Part shown: piece after piece, positions 24,560 to 38,702 of the stretch
Layout: each line of letters opens with the position of its first letter
How positions within the stretch are numbered: position 1 is the first letter of the stretch
DNA from: Antechinus flavipes
Lineage: Eukaryota
Direction of reading: 5' to 3'
Length of the DNA: 64,000 nt
NCBI RefSeq assembly: GCF_016432865.1
Contig: NC_067401.1
Span: 483,972,001 to 484,036,000 of the forward strand
Made by a program: the position numbers and the translations under genes
Notes under the pieces: model-generated
Database searches by the model: none
What the model saw: only the letters and a program-made list of their open reading frames with translations
What the model was told of the DNA's origin: nothing

Positions 24560-27500
24560 ATAAAATGTTGGTAAGAACCCCCTCTCCCCAATTTTTTCCA
24601 GACTGCTTCATATTTTTCCAACTATGTTTTTAATCAAATTGGGTATTTTTCTTTAGATAACTTATATTTTACACTTCACCAAATACTGATTTATTAAGTT
24701 CCATTGTTTCCGAAATTCTCTTGTCTAGGCTGTTTCATTTCCATCTCTCTATTCTGTAAATGATACTACATGGTTTTGATGACCATCATTATCTTTATGA
24801 TGCTTTATAATATAGTTTGGAGTCTGGAAGCACTATTTCCCCTTCATCTTTATTTCTTTTCATCATTTAATTTAATATTACAGGTCTTTAATCCTTTCAA
24901 ATTAATTTTATTATTTTTTCAAGCTCTGTAAAGTATCATCTTACTAGTTTGATTGTCATAGTACTAAAAGTATAAAGTAATTTTGCTAATATTGTCAGTT
25001 TTATTATATTGACATGGCTTAGCCATGAGTACTGAATATTTATTCAGTTATTTAATTTGTTCTTTATTTATTTAATGGGTGTTTTATTATTGAATCCATT
25101 CAAGTCTTTTGTGGAATGTTTGGGGGGGGTTGATTTTCATATATATAGTTTGTATATTTTGTAGTTAGTTGGAATAAGATTTTTCTTTCTGTTATTGTTT
25201 CTTGTGTTTTGTGATTATTGTGTAGAAATGCAGTTGATTTTGGATTTATTTAGTTGCCTGCATCTTTGTGAAAGCTATTAATTGTTTCAATTATTATATT
25301 TGCTGATTTCTTTGGGTTTTCCAAGTAAATCATCCTATTATCGTTGAATGGGATAATTTTTTATGCCTTTACTCATCTTTATTCTTTTCACTTTTTTTCT
25401 TATTCATATCACTATTGGTAGCATTTCCAGAACTGTATCATATAATAGTGAGAAAGATACTTCTATATCAATAATAGTGGGGAAATAAAGACAAAGTTGT
25501 TTCATTGCTGTATTTATTGAAAGAAGTTACAATGTTTTCCCATTGTACATGAGGCTTGTTTTTAATTCTAACTAGATGTTATGATTTAAAAAAAAGCTAT
25601 TCTATGTCTATGCTTTCTAGGATTTCTAGCATAAAACATTATATTTTATCAAAATATTTTCCTGTACCTATTGAGATGATGATGTAATTTTGGAGATTTT
25701 TGGGTTTTGGCATATTTAATTATGTTTATAATTTCTCTATTATCCTTACATCCTTGGTATAAATATAATTTGATCATAATGAATGATTTATTGGATAAAA
25801 CTCTATAAGTTGTTTTGTAGGAGTTTAAGTCAAATATTCCTTAATGATATTGGTCCATAATTTTCTGCGTTTCATATTTCTCTAGTTTGGGTATTGGGAC
25901 TCTATTTGCCTTGTAAAACAGTTCTGGCAGGATGTTTTGTTTCTCAGTTTTTGAGAATAACTTGTCTACTAATTGTTTTTTAAAAGTTTGATAGAATTCT
26001 TTTGTGAATCTATCAGATCTAGGAGTTCCCTCCTGTCCCCATTCATTTTTTAAAATAGCTAGATCTTTACTGAGATAAGGTTATTGAAAATCATTCTGGT
26101 CTTCTGATACTTTTCATATTTTGTATTCTTGAAAGTATTCATCTTTTTTTTTTTTTGTATTCTCAATTTTGTTGGTATATAACTGCACAAATTATTCTGA
26201 TTTTTAACATTATTTTTCTGGCTTTGCCATGATTTCACCTTGCTGATTTGTTATTTTATTGATTTCATTTTTTGCTCTATTTTTCAAAATCAGTTTAATT
26301 AAAAGTTTATCAATTTTATTAGTCTTTTCAGAGAACTATATTTTAGTTTTATTTATCATTTCTGGTTTTTTATTTCTAAATTTGTCTATTTCACCTTTAA
26401 TTTTTTAATATCACCTTTTGTGCTTCTTTTAAGTTTGCTTTTTTATTTCCTAATTTAAAAATACATATTCAGTTAATTAATCTTCCTTTTTTTCTATTTT
26501 GTTAATATATTATAAAAATTTCAAGGATATAATTCTAAAGATTCCATTTCCCCCATTGAGAATGCTTTAGCTGCATCTCAAAAATACTGGGATACTTTAT
26601 ATTATAATTTTATCATCATATTCTCATCATCATCATCATATTTCTTTTACTTGGTTATTGTTTCTATGCTTCATTTTTTATAGCTTTTTATTTACAAGTT
26701 ATATGCATGGGTAATTTTACAGAATTGACAATTGCCAAACCTTTTGTTCCAATTTTTCCCCTCCTTCCCCCCATCCCCTCCCCCAGATGGCAAGTTGACC
26801 AATACATGTTAAATATGTTAAAGTATAAATTAAATACAATATAAGTATACATGTCCTAACAGTTATTTTGTTGTACAAAAAGAATCAGACTTTGAAATAG
26901 TGTACTATTAGCCTGTGAAGGAAATAAAAAATGCAGGCGGACAAAAATATAGGGATTGGGAATTCTATGTAGTGGCCCATAGTCATCTCCCAGAATTCTT
27001 TCACTAGGTATAGCTGGTTCAATTCATTACTGCTCTATTGGAACTGATTTGGTTCGTCTCATTGCTGGAGATGGCCACATCCATCAGAATTGATCATCAT
27101 ATAGTATTGTTGTTGAAGTATATAATGATCCTGCTCATTTCACTCAGCATCAGTTCGCATAAGTCTCTCTTTCTGAAACCATCCTGCTGGTCATTTCTTA
27201 CAGAACAATAATATTCCATAATATTCATATACCACAATTTATTCAGCCATTCTCCAATTGATGGGCATCCATTCATTTTCCAGTTTCTAGCCACTACAAA
27301 CAGGACTGCGACAAACATTCATGCACATACAGGTCCCTTTCCCTTTTTTAAGATTTCTTTGCGATATAAGCCCAGTAGAAACACTGCTGGATCAAAGGGT
27401 ATGCACAGTTTAATAACTTTTTGAGCATAGTTCCAAATCATTCTCCAGAATGGCTGGATGTATTCACAATTCCACCAACAATATATCAGTGTCCCTGTTT

Positions 27501-29800
27501 TCCCACATCCCCTCTAACATTCTGCATTATATTTCCCTGTCATTCTAGCCAATCTGACAGGTGTATAGTGGTATCTCAGAGTTGTCTTAATTTGCATTTC
27601 TCTGATTAATAATGACTTGGAGCATCTTTTCATATGGCTAGAAATAATTTCCATTTATTCATCTGCAAATTGCCTGTTCATATCCTTTGACCACTTATCA
27701 CTTGGAGAATGGCTTGATTTCTTATAAATTAGAGTCAATTCTCTATATATTTTGGAAATGAGGCCTTTATCATAACCTTTGACTGTAAAAATGTTTTCCC
27801 AGTTTATTGCTTCCCTTCTAATCTTGTCTGCATTTGTTTCATTTGTACAAAACTTTTCAATTTGATATAATCAAAATTTTCTATTTTGTGGTCAATAATG
27901 ATCTCTAGTTCTTCTTTGGTCATAAATTCCTTTCTCTTCCACAGGTTTGAGAGGTAAACTATCCTATGCTCTTCAAATTTATTTATAATCTCATTCTATG
28001 ATTCATTTTTTTGGTATCATTAAAATTTTATTGTTAAGTACTAATTTGAATCTATATTTTTCCTTTGTGGCTCCTGAACCAATTTCTATTCTTATTGTAT
28101 TATACTTTATAAAGGCTATAAAGATTAATTTTTTGTCTTTAAGTTTGTTTGCCTTATCTGTACCCTAACATATGGTCAATTTTGGCAAAAATTCCATATG
28201 GTATAGAAAAACATGTCTCATTTAGAAGATGCTATAAATCTTTTAACTGGAATTTTTTCAGTCCCATGTTTCTCCTTTTATTTATCTGATAGACTAATTC
28301 AAAACTGAGAGAGGACTATTGAAGTCTTCTGTCATAATTATGTTATTGTCTGTGTAGTCTTGAAGTTCAGATAATATTTACTTTTGTGAATTTTGATGTT
28401 AAAGCATTTCCAATATGTTTATGTTTATTATTATTGAGGTGTCTATGGTTCGATTCAGCACAATTTAGTTTCCTTATTTTTAAATTTTTTTGAATATTTG
28501 TTTTTTAATTTTTCTTCCCTCCTCCTCAAATACATTGCATTTCTGTTGTTTGGGATATTTGAGGAAAAATATTCTTATTCTGTTTTTTTCTAAAAATGTT
28601 TTAAACTCTTCTTTATTATTGAACATCTGTCTTTGGAAATGGCTAAACTCAGATTTGCATGATAGATCACCCTGAGCTACATCCTTAGTTCCAACGCTTT
28701 TTGTTACACATTTCCATTCTCCACTTATTTTTCTAGTGGTGTTATTCCACAATAGTCTTGTCTTATTCAAATATTCTATCTTTTGAATTTAGAGATCTTT
28801 CTTCTGATGGTTTTCAGAACTTGTTTCTAAGTTGAATTATTAAATTTAACCATTCTGGGTTTTGGAGTTGAACCTTGAATTGACCTGTGAATTCTTACAA
28901 CTGGAATTTCATTTTCTATGTAGAAAAGATCTTGGTCAATTCTCTTTTATTATTTTATTCATTATGGAGTCAGATTTTTTTTTTTGCCTGTCATGTTCTT
29001 CTGGATTGCTTATCTCTTTGTATCCTTTCTTTGATTTACATTATGAACATATTTTTAATATTCTTGTTTTTTTGCTTCTCTTTTTCTAGGTCATCCTTCA
29101 CTTTCTTAGAAATAGCATGTTATAGTTTCATGTTCTCCTTGAATCTACAGGGTTTTCTGTCTTATTCAATGTTGGATCATTTTCCTTTATTTTGTAGTGT
29201 TTATTCAAGAATGCCTGAACTAATTTACTAGATCTGGAGGCTGTATTTCCTTCTGTTGTAACTATCTTTCCTATTTTTTTTTTTTTTGGAGATTTCTTCT
29301 TCTTGAAATCTTCGATACTTTCAGTCTTTCCTCCCCCATTTTCTTTACTCCTTACTTCCTGACTCCCTCCCTTTAGTTGTGGTTTCCTTAGGGCTGGATC
29401 TCAGTGTCTCAGCCTTCTTCCACAATGGGCAGCCTAAATCTTTGTTCCAACTGATTTTTGGGTGGTCAGAACTGGTCCCATCTAGATTCTGTGATCTTTC
29501 TCTCAGTATAAACACACAGCTCCTCACATAAACTGTATCCTATCCTGGTGATCTGTCTTATTCCCTGTCTTCTTTTTCTCTGACCTGACACTGGCAATTC
29601 AGAGACTTCTTTCCCTAACATGAACAGAGCCTTTTTTTCTGATTACCATCAATTCAGAGTTTTGCAGAACTGGGGGTTCTGGATTGCAACACCTAGCAGG
29701 CTTTTGCTCCTGAAGGAATGCAGGCAACCTGGTTCTTTTGGCTTGAGCAAATTCCCAAGGTCTAGATCTGGTGTCTTTATGGTACTGGAAAGAGAGAGGT
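24560..29800 (-). mobile_element. Ancient, heavily decayed long L1 (ORF2, ORF1 and 5' region), interrupted at 26680-27993
   Basis: Antisense L1 ORF2 motifs 24.6-28.4 kb; ORF1-like remnant (MFNNKEEFKTFL) at 28480-28770. Confidence 0.65.
26680..27993 (-). mobile_element. Younger 5'-truncated L1
   Basis: TSD ttctatg(c/a)ttcatttttt at 26662-26679 and 27994-28011; ORF2 C-terminus ARNWKMNGCPSIGEWLNKLWY. Confidence 0.93.
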
Positions 29801-29899
29801 AGGGTACAGGGTATAGAAGTAGATTTTGAAGCAAACCTGTGTCATGCCTTTAGGTCTACTTAGTAGTCTCACTGTCAGTAATATGGAAGATGGGAGAAG

Positions 29900-32000
29900 A
29901 TTTCTGAGTGACTTCAGGGTCAATAAATATCAGTTCCTGATTTTTCCAATCATTTTTTTTTGAATTCTGATTTTCCTAGATGATGGAAATAGCTGGGATT
30001 ACCTTATCATTGGAGATTAATTTCTGTTTTGAAGAGGTTTTATAAGTGATGGAGATCAGTGAAAATGTCTAGTCCAACATTCTGTTGTTCACATGACCCA
30101 AAAGTCCACCAAAAGGAAAGATATTAATGATAAAAGGGAAATGGCCACTAGATAAGCTAAAAGAGTCTGAATATCTCTGAATAAATGTTTCAAAACAAGA
30201 GAAAATGAATCTATACCTGATATGATGGAGAACCCTGCGAATTTCTTAAAGAATGTGGAAATACTCTACGGGGATTATATCTCAAAGAGATCTTAAAGGA
30301 GGGAAAAGGACCCACATGTGCAAAAATGTTTGTGGCAGCCCTCTTTGACTGGTTTGTGACACCAAGAAACTGGAAACTGAGTGGAAACCATCAATTGGAG
30401 AATGGCTGAATAAATTGTGGCATATGAATGTTATGGAATATTATTGTTCTGTAAGAAATGACCAACAGGATCATTTCAGAGCAGCCTGGAGAGACTGACA
30501 GGAACTGATGCTGAGTGAAATGAGCAGACCCAGGAGATCATTATACATGGCAACAAGATTATATGGCAATCAATTCTAATGGATGTGACTCTCTTCACCA
30601 ATGAGATGATTCAAACCTGTTCCACTTGTTCATTGATGAAGAGAGTCATCTACTCCCAGAGAGAATGGGAATTGAGTATGGAACACAACATAGCATTCTC
30701 ACTCTGTCTGTTGCTATTTGCTTGCATTTTGTTTTCTTTCTCAGTTTTTCTTTTTCTTACTTCCTGATCTGATTTTTCTTGTGGAGCAAGATAACTATAT
30801 AAATATATATGTAAATATTGGATTTAACATGTATTTGAACATATTTAAATATATTGGACTACCTGACATCTAGAGGAAGGGGTTGGGAGAAAGAGGGGAA
30901 AATTTGGAAGAAAAGGTTTTGCAAGGGTTATTGCTAAAAAAAAAATTACCCATGCATATGTTTTGTAAATAAAAAAGCTTTAATTAAAAAAATGTGGAAA
31001 CACAACAGGATATTTCTAAATGGTTTGAGAGAAATAAGAATCATGAAATAGAAATTTATGGCCAGTGCAGCAGAAATAATTGGCAGAAGAGAAAAACTGA
31101 GTTCATACCTAAAAATCATCAAATAGATGGTGAACCTTGCCAAAGAACCCAAGTAAGAACAATTGACTGGGGATGCAAATACACAAAAGTGAAGAACAAT
31201 CTAGGAGAAGCAAAAACCAATAATGTTATATAATAAAACTTTGATCTCTATACAAACAAAATGTAATTGATATTGAATATAAAATTGGTAAACCCAACTT
31301 ATGTATTATACATATTTCACAAAAGCATAAGAAATTAAAAAAAAAAAACTTTGAACACCAAAAGAAAAGAAATAATGGAAGGAAATTACTCAGAACTTCT
31401 GAACAAACAAAATAAAATACAAATTGAAAGAACCCATAGATTGTTTTTAGGAAAAAAAAAACCACCCTCAAAAACTGTTATAAACTCCAAGACAGATACT
31501 AGTTATTTAGTATTTCCAGTGACAAACAGCAAATTTTAAAAGTGACCAGAAGAAAGACCTTCAATTATAACACAAGGCTATTCTGCATCCACAGAAATTT
31601 CAGGATGCAATGGGATATTGTTTTAAAGAGCAAAGAAAGCTCAAGGTGTTATCTAAAGTGACATAGGTTGCAAATCTGAGCCTACTTATCAATGGGAAAA
31701 AAAAGGTCATTCAATGAAAAAGAAATGTTTGAAGCATTTTTTTAAAAAAGAAAACTAAACAAGACATGATCATACTCTTTAATTTGAAAACACCTTAGAT
31801 GACAGAAGCACAAAGAAGATAAATAGACAAAGCAACCAAGGGAAGCATGGGTAGTGAAATAAATTACTTCAGGAGGAAAGGGAGGAAAAATTGAAAGAGA
31901 AGAGAGAACTTTGTGACAGATCAAATCTATACCATGTGAAGGAGAAATCTGAATTAAATGTTTGTTCTTTGTAATTGAGGAGGTTTTTGGGGAAAATTGT
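29900..32000 (+). mobile_element. Ancient L1 5'/ORF1 fragment, interrupted at 30265-30990
   Basis: ORF1-like remnants (IQIERTHR; gcaaatctgagc...tcattcaatgaaaaag). Confidence 0.55.
30265..30990 (+). mobile_element. 5'-truncated L1
   Basis: TSD aatgtggaaa(t/c)ac at 30252-30264 and 30991-31003; AATAAA and A tail. Confidence 0.9.
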
Positions 32001-32534
32001 TTCCCTAATCTCTGGAAAGTATATTTTCAGGGAATATGGATATTTAAATATCCTGAAACACTGAGGCTTAGGCATTCTTTTAGAAAGAGACCTCAAACTA
32101 GCATTTATTGATAGAGTGCATTAAATTGGGTGGATTGCTGTGCTTCAAAATACCAGAATAGAAATGAATAAATTAATATAGAATAAGCAATAATTTATTT
32201 CTAAAATGAATTTCAACCAAGATTAATTTGAAGCAGCACATTAGGAGACCAAAACATAAAGTAAGGGTTGGGAGGATGGTTAGGAATAATACAACAGAAG
32301 GATGCATGTGAATAGGAATCGACAGTGTGTTATTCTGCCCCTTCCCGCCTTCCCTCAACATAATATTAGGATGACTTAATTAGATTATGACATGTCCCAT
32401 CTGGGAAGCCATTTTCTATTAGCACATCACTTGTCAGACTCTCATAAGAAGTCCAATTTTGGCTGCCAGGACTTTTAAAGGTTTCAGGAACAGTGAAGAG
32501 GAAGAGAACAATTTCTTGTTCTAGGTAGCTAAAT

Positions 32535-32785
32535 GGTTCTGTGGATATTCCACTGGGCATGAACTGAGAAAGACCTGAGATCAAATGCCTCAGATACTTA
32601 CTAGTTGTGTAAACCTAGGGAATTCATTTTATATTTTTTTGCCTCAGTTTTTTTTTTAATCTGTAAAATTAGAGTAGTAATAGCACTCATCTCACAGGAT
32701 TATTGTGAGAATAAAATGAGATAATATTTGTAAAGTACTTTGTAAACTTTAAAGAGCTATAAACATGCTATCTATTATTACTATT
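32535..32785 (+). mobile_element. MIR SINE
   Basis: Near full-length CORE plus 3' end. Confidence 0.85.
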
Positions 32786-33210
32786 AGGAGGTAAAACAAA
32801 GTAATTTAAGATATAAAAAGTATTTTCAGATACAAAGGAGTTATGTATATTTATTGGAGAGAAATTTAAAGCAGTATCTTAAATGTTCAATTTAATAATA
32901 AAAAAATTAGTGAAACAACTACTCTGGGCAAAGCACCATGCTAAGTGATTGGGATTAAAAAAAATGTAGTTCCTGTCCTCAAAGAACTTACATTCTACTT
33001 AGGAGATGTAGTATTGCTATAAAGAAATCAACACAAAATATTTAGTATAGGGAAAGATCTCTGGTGCTAGAGTCGGAGCACCTGGGTTGAAATTTTACTC
33101 CTTTGACATATAAAGCATTACAAAGTTAACTGAAAAGGGAGAGAGTGCTAACAACTGGGAGTTGGGTCAGAAAGGACCTGAAGTAGGAGGAGATGGCAAC
33201 TGTGCTACAC

Positions 33211-33565
33211 TTTTTTTTTGTTTTTAAATTTTATTTTATTAAAAAAAAGAAGAAAAAAGAAAAACAGGAAAGGAATACAAAACAAAATGAAACAAAACAA
33301 AAAAGAACATTCACATACCCAGCAGAACATCAGGGAGGATTTGAAATATATAACAACAAATTACCAGATCAAGAAGGTATATATATTAGTAGAAAAAATT
33401 ATATTCATGTATCCATCTTTTCTTTCCTTCCTTGTAAATTGATTTTTGTACTCTACTGTTTACCTTTTTTACTTTATTCTCTTTCCCCCCTTTCATCCTC
33501 CCCACAACCAAGCAAGCTACAGTTAAAAAAGGATATATTTATGTATTCATATGTATGTATTTATG

Positions 33566-33604
<39 letters not shown>

Positions 33605-35631
33605 CCCTGCAAGTACAGGGACACATATTTTTCCTATCCCTCCTAGGCTTTTGGCTTTAATTGTGCTGCTAACTTGCCTTGCTATTATTTAACCTCCCCC
33701 CACCTATGGATCCTTCCTTGTCTTCTTCTCACACCCTTTGCTTCCCCATGCTTCCATTCCTCCCCCCTTATTTCTTTATAGACTTTGGAGAGTGATATAT
33801 GCTTCATGGTATATATTCCCAATGTCAGTAGGTTTTCAGAATTATGAGCCCTCCTCTCCCCTCCAATACCTCTGTGTCTGTTCTTCCTCTGCATCTCATT
33901 TGTATAACATAATTATTATTTTTAGCTTAACTCTGCTGCAATCTTTCTTTTGAGCTGCCTTATTGTTGGTGACAATCTCAAACAACTGATATTCATTTCT
34001 CATGTAAAAAAAAAAATGAAAACAATTTGTCCATATTGAGTTCCTTGAAACTGATCTTTGACTTAGGCTCTTATATGTTAAATTTTCTATTAATTCAGGT
34101 TTGGTTGATGAAAGGTCCTGAAAACCTGCAAATTCATTGAATGTCCGTTTTTTCTCATTCAGTATTTAGATAATTTTGTTGGATATGATATTTTTTTGAC
34201 CACAGACCTAGTTCTTTTGATTGTCAATAGATATGATTCCAGAACTTGTGGTCTTCCATTGTGTCTGATGCTGTCCTGTACTATTCTAATTGTAGGTCCA
34301 GCTATTATTTGAATTGTTTTTTTCTTGTTTCTTGCAAAATTTTCTCTTTGATCTGGATTTCAAAATTGGCAATAATGTTCCTATGTATTTTCCACAAAGG
34401 ATCTCATTGAGGTGGTTATTGGTGGATTTTTCCTATTTCTACTTTCTCCTCCTGTTCTATCACTTCTGAACAATTTTTTTTGGATTATTTCTTGCATTAT
34501 TGTGTCCTTTTTTTTTTCATCACAACTTTAAGGTGGTCCAATTATTTTTATATTTTCTCTTCTTGATTTGTTCTTCAAATCTGACATTTTTCTTATAAGA
34601 TGTTTTACATTCTGTTCTATTTTTTTTGTTGTTCTTTATAATCTGTATTATTATTCTTATTATTTATTATTATTTATTATGTCTCTCATAACTTCATTGG
34701 TGTCCCCTTGCCCAATTCTAATTTTCAAAGTGTTATTTTCATTTTTGAGACTCTGTAATCTCCTTTTCTAGTTGCTTAATTTTTTTCATAATCTTGTTTT
34801 TCTTGGATGGTTATTATTATTATTATTTACAAATTTTTATTCAATGTCTCTCATTTCATTTTTCAATTCTTTTTTGAGTTCTATATATTCTCTTTGGGCA
34901 GGGAGCTATTTCACATTACTCTTTGGAGTAGAAGCTTTTTTTTTTTTACTTCAGGGTCCTCCTTTGCAGATGAATCCTAGTCTTCCCTGTTCTTATAGTA
35001 AATTTCTATGGTGGGGTTCTTCTTTGCTGGTCTATTTTTTTTTTTTAAAAAGAGGTATTAGTGTAAACACCTCTAATTGTAGGGTAGAGGATTGGTACCT
35101 CTGGCTTCACTTCAGCTCTCCCCTCTGACCAGGAATCCACCCTCCAGTAAGTGTCTCTAGTCAGCAGTATCTCTGCCCAAATAACTCCATACTCCCAGTG
35201 TGCTGGTTTCTTCTTGCCTAATGCTGTGTCCTGCAGTTCAGCAAGGCCTGGAGTTCCTAATCAGCTGAGGTTCACTCTGTCTTTCTGGACTCAGACCCAA
35301 CTCTACAAACAGATCAGGAAGTAAAAGTTTCTGTGGTTCCTGCTGAGGCTTCAGCCACACTCAGCTAACCCCAGAGCTCTCCACTTGGTGTTTCTATGAA
35401 GCTAGTTCAGTGGTGTCTGCACTTTACTTGGGTTAATCCCTGGCCCTGGGTCCTTCTTCTTTGGATCTTCTTGGGTTGTATGAGGATGACCCCTGTTCTG
35501 CCTAAAGTCTTCCTTGATTTTTCACCAGTCTATGTTTTCCCTGAAGCATAAATTTGTTTTATTTGTGGGGAAAATCTGGAGAGCTTGAAATTTACCAACC
35601 TACTCCACCATCTTCCCAGAATCCTCCTCCC
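33211..35631 (-). mobile_element. Full-length HAL1-type element (5'UTR, decayed ORF1, long 3'UTR, poly(A); no ORF2)
   Basis: L1 5' start GGGAAGATGGTGGAGTAGG (~35617-35599); ORF1 C-terminus YPTKLS..KRTFNEFAGF..KPELNRKFN at ~34080-34190; poly(T) at 33211; TSD ctg(t/a)gctacac at 33200-33210 and 35632-35642. Confidence 0.82.
33568..33601. repeat. (CA)n microsatellite inside the HAL1 3'UTR
   Basis: Read directly. Confidence 0.95.
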
Positions 35632-36934
35632 CTGAGCTACACGTTGAAAAAAGAAGGAAGTGCTTTCCAGACATGGCAGACTCCTTATGCCAAGGAATGG
35701 GTAGGACAGATATAATGTCATCTACAAAGAGGCAGCTATTCACCTTGACAGGAATGATGAGTGAAGCAAGAGAAAGAATAGGAGATAAAACTGGAAAAGG
35801 AGATGTGAACAACATTGTTAAGAACTCTTTGATGTCAGGCTGAATTCAGATATATGAAGAACTAATAAGGGGGAGAATGTTGTTTTGTGGTTTTTATCCC
35901 ACACAGGACCAAACAAAGAGAAATGAGAAAGAATTGAGCCTCAAAAAAGTATGGTCAGTTAAAAAACAACTTGTTTTCAAAGGGTTACAAGTGTATCTGT
36001 CCATTTCTGTGATTTGTAACCTGTCATCTGTCAGAACAAGTTGCCTCTTAATGGCCACTTGGCCCCCATGAGCAATTGGAATGGCCTAGATTTTCTGTAG
36101 GGCAAGGAGTGGGCCCATAGGAAGGTAAATAAATTCAGTTACCATGCTGTGTGATTGAAGAAAGGAAAAGAGTCATGAAATCTATGTTATTGGGAAAAGC
36201 TTTAAGAAGTGAGAGCTAAACATGCTTACTGAGGAAAAAATGGAGCCAACTCTAAAATGTAAGTTGCAGTCCTTATAGTGATTGTGGACATGAAAATGAT
36301 GGAATACACAGAATCAACATGTCAGATGTTTAGATGGAAAAATATAGTGTGCAGTTATTAAGAAAGTAAGCAAGAGAATTTGAAAATATTACCAAAGATG
36401 ATGGCAAAGATTGAATTTAGATTATGGGTTAGATTAAAAAATGGATTTTTTTAATGGGTGAAAGGGACCTTAGAGGATCTTAAATCCATGCCCTCTTTTA
36501 ATGTATGAAGAAACAAGCACACTGACCTGCCTGAGGTCACACAGCTAATCAGTAAGTTAGGATTTAAGTACCATATTTCCTGATTTCAAGTCCAATTCCC
36601 TATGTTGCCCGCACTATATTAGGATGCCTCAGAACAATATTCTCTCAAAACAGCCAGAATTTTGAAGAATAACTTGAAGAATTAAGCTATACCAGTTGAC
36701 TCAGTGAATTTGTATATAATATAACAGAGGTAGTAGGATGAAAATTTTATTTCAAAGTACAATTATAACCTCTGTTAATAATTATAGTTAACATTCATTT
36801 GCTCAGATATGAGAATTTATGACACATTTATTAAAAATTATACAAAATTCTTATATCAGTTGTATTTTATTCTTGAAGCACTAACAATTTTCTCTTTATT
36901 GGTTTACTGCTTTTCTTGACTCCCTATCCTGAGA

Positions 36935-37830
36935 AACAATATGGGTTAATGGACTTAGAATTAGAAAGACCAAGTTTTTTTTTTTTTTTTTTTTTGTAAA
37001 TCATTTCTTTTATTATAACTTTTTATTGACAGTACATATGCATGGGTAATTTGTTTTTTTTTTTTACAATATTATCCCTTGCACTCACTTCTGTTTTGAT
37101 TTTTCCCTTCCCTCTCTCTACCCCCTCCCCTAAATGGCAAGGAGTCTTACTCCACTAACTCCACCAACAATGCATCAGTGTCCTAGTTTTCCCGCTTACC
37201 CTCCAACATTCATCATCATTCCTGTCATCTTAGCCAGTCTGACAGGTATGTATTGGTATCTCAGAGTTGTCTTAATTTTCATTTCTCTGATCAATAGTGA
37301 TTTGGAACAATCTTTCATATGAGTGGAGATAGTTTCAATTTCTTCATCTGAAAATTGTCTATTCATATCCTTTGACCATTTATCAATTGGAGAATAGCTT
37401 GATTTCTTATACATTAGAGTCATTTCTCTATATATTTTGGAAATGAGGCCTTTATCAGAACCTTTAACTGTAAAAATGTTTTCCCAGTTTGTTGCTTCTC
37501 TTCTAATCTTGTTTGCATTAGTTTTGTTTGTACAAAGGCTTTTTAATTTGGTGTAATCAAAATTTTCTATTTTGTGATCAATAATGATCTTTAGTTCTTC
37601 TTTGGTCACAAATTCTTTCCTCTTCCACAAGTCTGAGAGGTAAACTATCCTATGTTCCTCTAATTTATTTGTGATCTCGTAGGAAGACCAAGTTTTGAAT
37701 CCCACTTATAAGTTATGTGATCCTGGACAAGTCTCCTAATCCCTCTTTGCCTCAATCTTCTCATCTATAAAATGAAGAGGTGTCCTCAATGATCTTTACA
37801 AACTTCCTCAGGTCTAAGTTTGTGATTCTA
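36935..37830 (+). mobile_element. MIR3 SINE split by an L1 insertion
   Basis: Head at 36935-36978 and body at 37680-37830 rejoin across the TSD. Confidence 0.7.
36979..37679 (-). mobile_element. 5'-truncated, internally deleted L1
   Basis: TSD tag(a/g)aagaccaagtttt at 36962-36978 and 37680-37696; long poly(T); ORF2 fragment NWENIF..SDKGLISKIY. Confidence 0.92.
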
Positions 37831-38582
37831 TGAGCTATGTGCTCAAGCTCAAATCTGCATCTTAGTTTGTTCATCAATTAAATATATCAGGTGAATGCAA
37901 CATAAAGTGTCCCAAAATTCTTAAAGCTATTGCAGTTTGATGTTTTATTATTTTTCATTGCACAAATAGGGGGTCATAAGCCCATAGCTCTGACTTCACC
38001 ATGTTTTAGTAAAGAGATAATGTATATAAAGCAACCAGGGAGCTTGAAAGCACCATTAGCAATTACTAATTATTATTACTCTAACAAGAGAAAACATTTT
38101 CTTATCTCTGTCCTATACAAGTAAAACCATGGTCCTATTTGTAATGTTTTTCCTTCATTCTTCCACTGTACCATTGTATTCTTATCTTTACTGATCTTGT
38201 TTAAAAGTCACCTGTTCCAGAAATCTCTGCTTGTGACCTGATTCATCATTTTTGACTGATATTGCCTATTCCTTCTTCTCCTCAACCATGTTTCTCTCTA
38301 GCTTTGAGGTTTCCTGAACAAAGAAGCAAATGCTTCTATTAATTGTGCTAAAATGAAGAGGTGTTCATTAGACTGGAAGATCCTTGAGGGCAGAGAGCTT
38401 TTCTAGTATTGCCTCTCTCACTCTGCCCAGTGCCTGAAATGGTATGCTCTTCCTATATTGATGACCTTGAGAGCTTACTGATACAACCCTAAATCTATTT
38501 TGGGAGTCTAGCCATATATTTGGGAAAAAAATAGGCTCTGAGATTCCTCCATGCAGACAAAGCAGAAAGAAGCAGAGCTCAC

Positions 38583-38702
38583 AATTCTCTGGAGTGGCCG
38601 TCCCCGATGCTTCCCTCCTTTCTAGACCAATACTTTCTTCCCAATCCTAGCCTTTCATGACTTTTGTTCTTTTCCTCAGGCTTTCACAGTTTAATTCCTC
38701 CT
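38583..38702 (-). other. Candidate 120-bp non-coding internal exon
   Basis: Acceptor ttattttcttttccag (AG at 38704-38703); donor ATT|GTGAGC; stops in all three frames; CpGs retained. Confidence 0.28.

Noticed and set aside
33193-33660. 155-aa ORF
   Set aside because: Antisense to the HAL1 tail; built from A/T runs and (CA)n
37896-37945. Mariner-like terminus (aagtgtcccaaaa)
   Set aside because: Too short, with no partner TIR found
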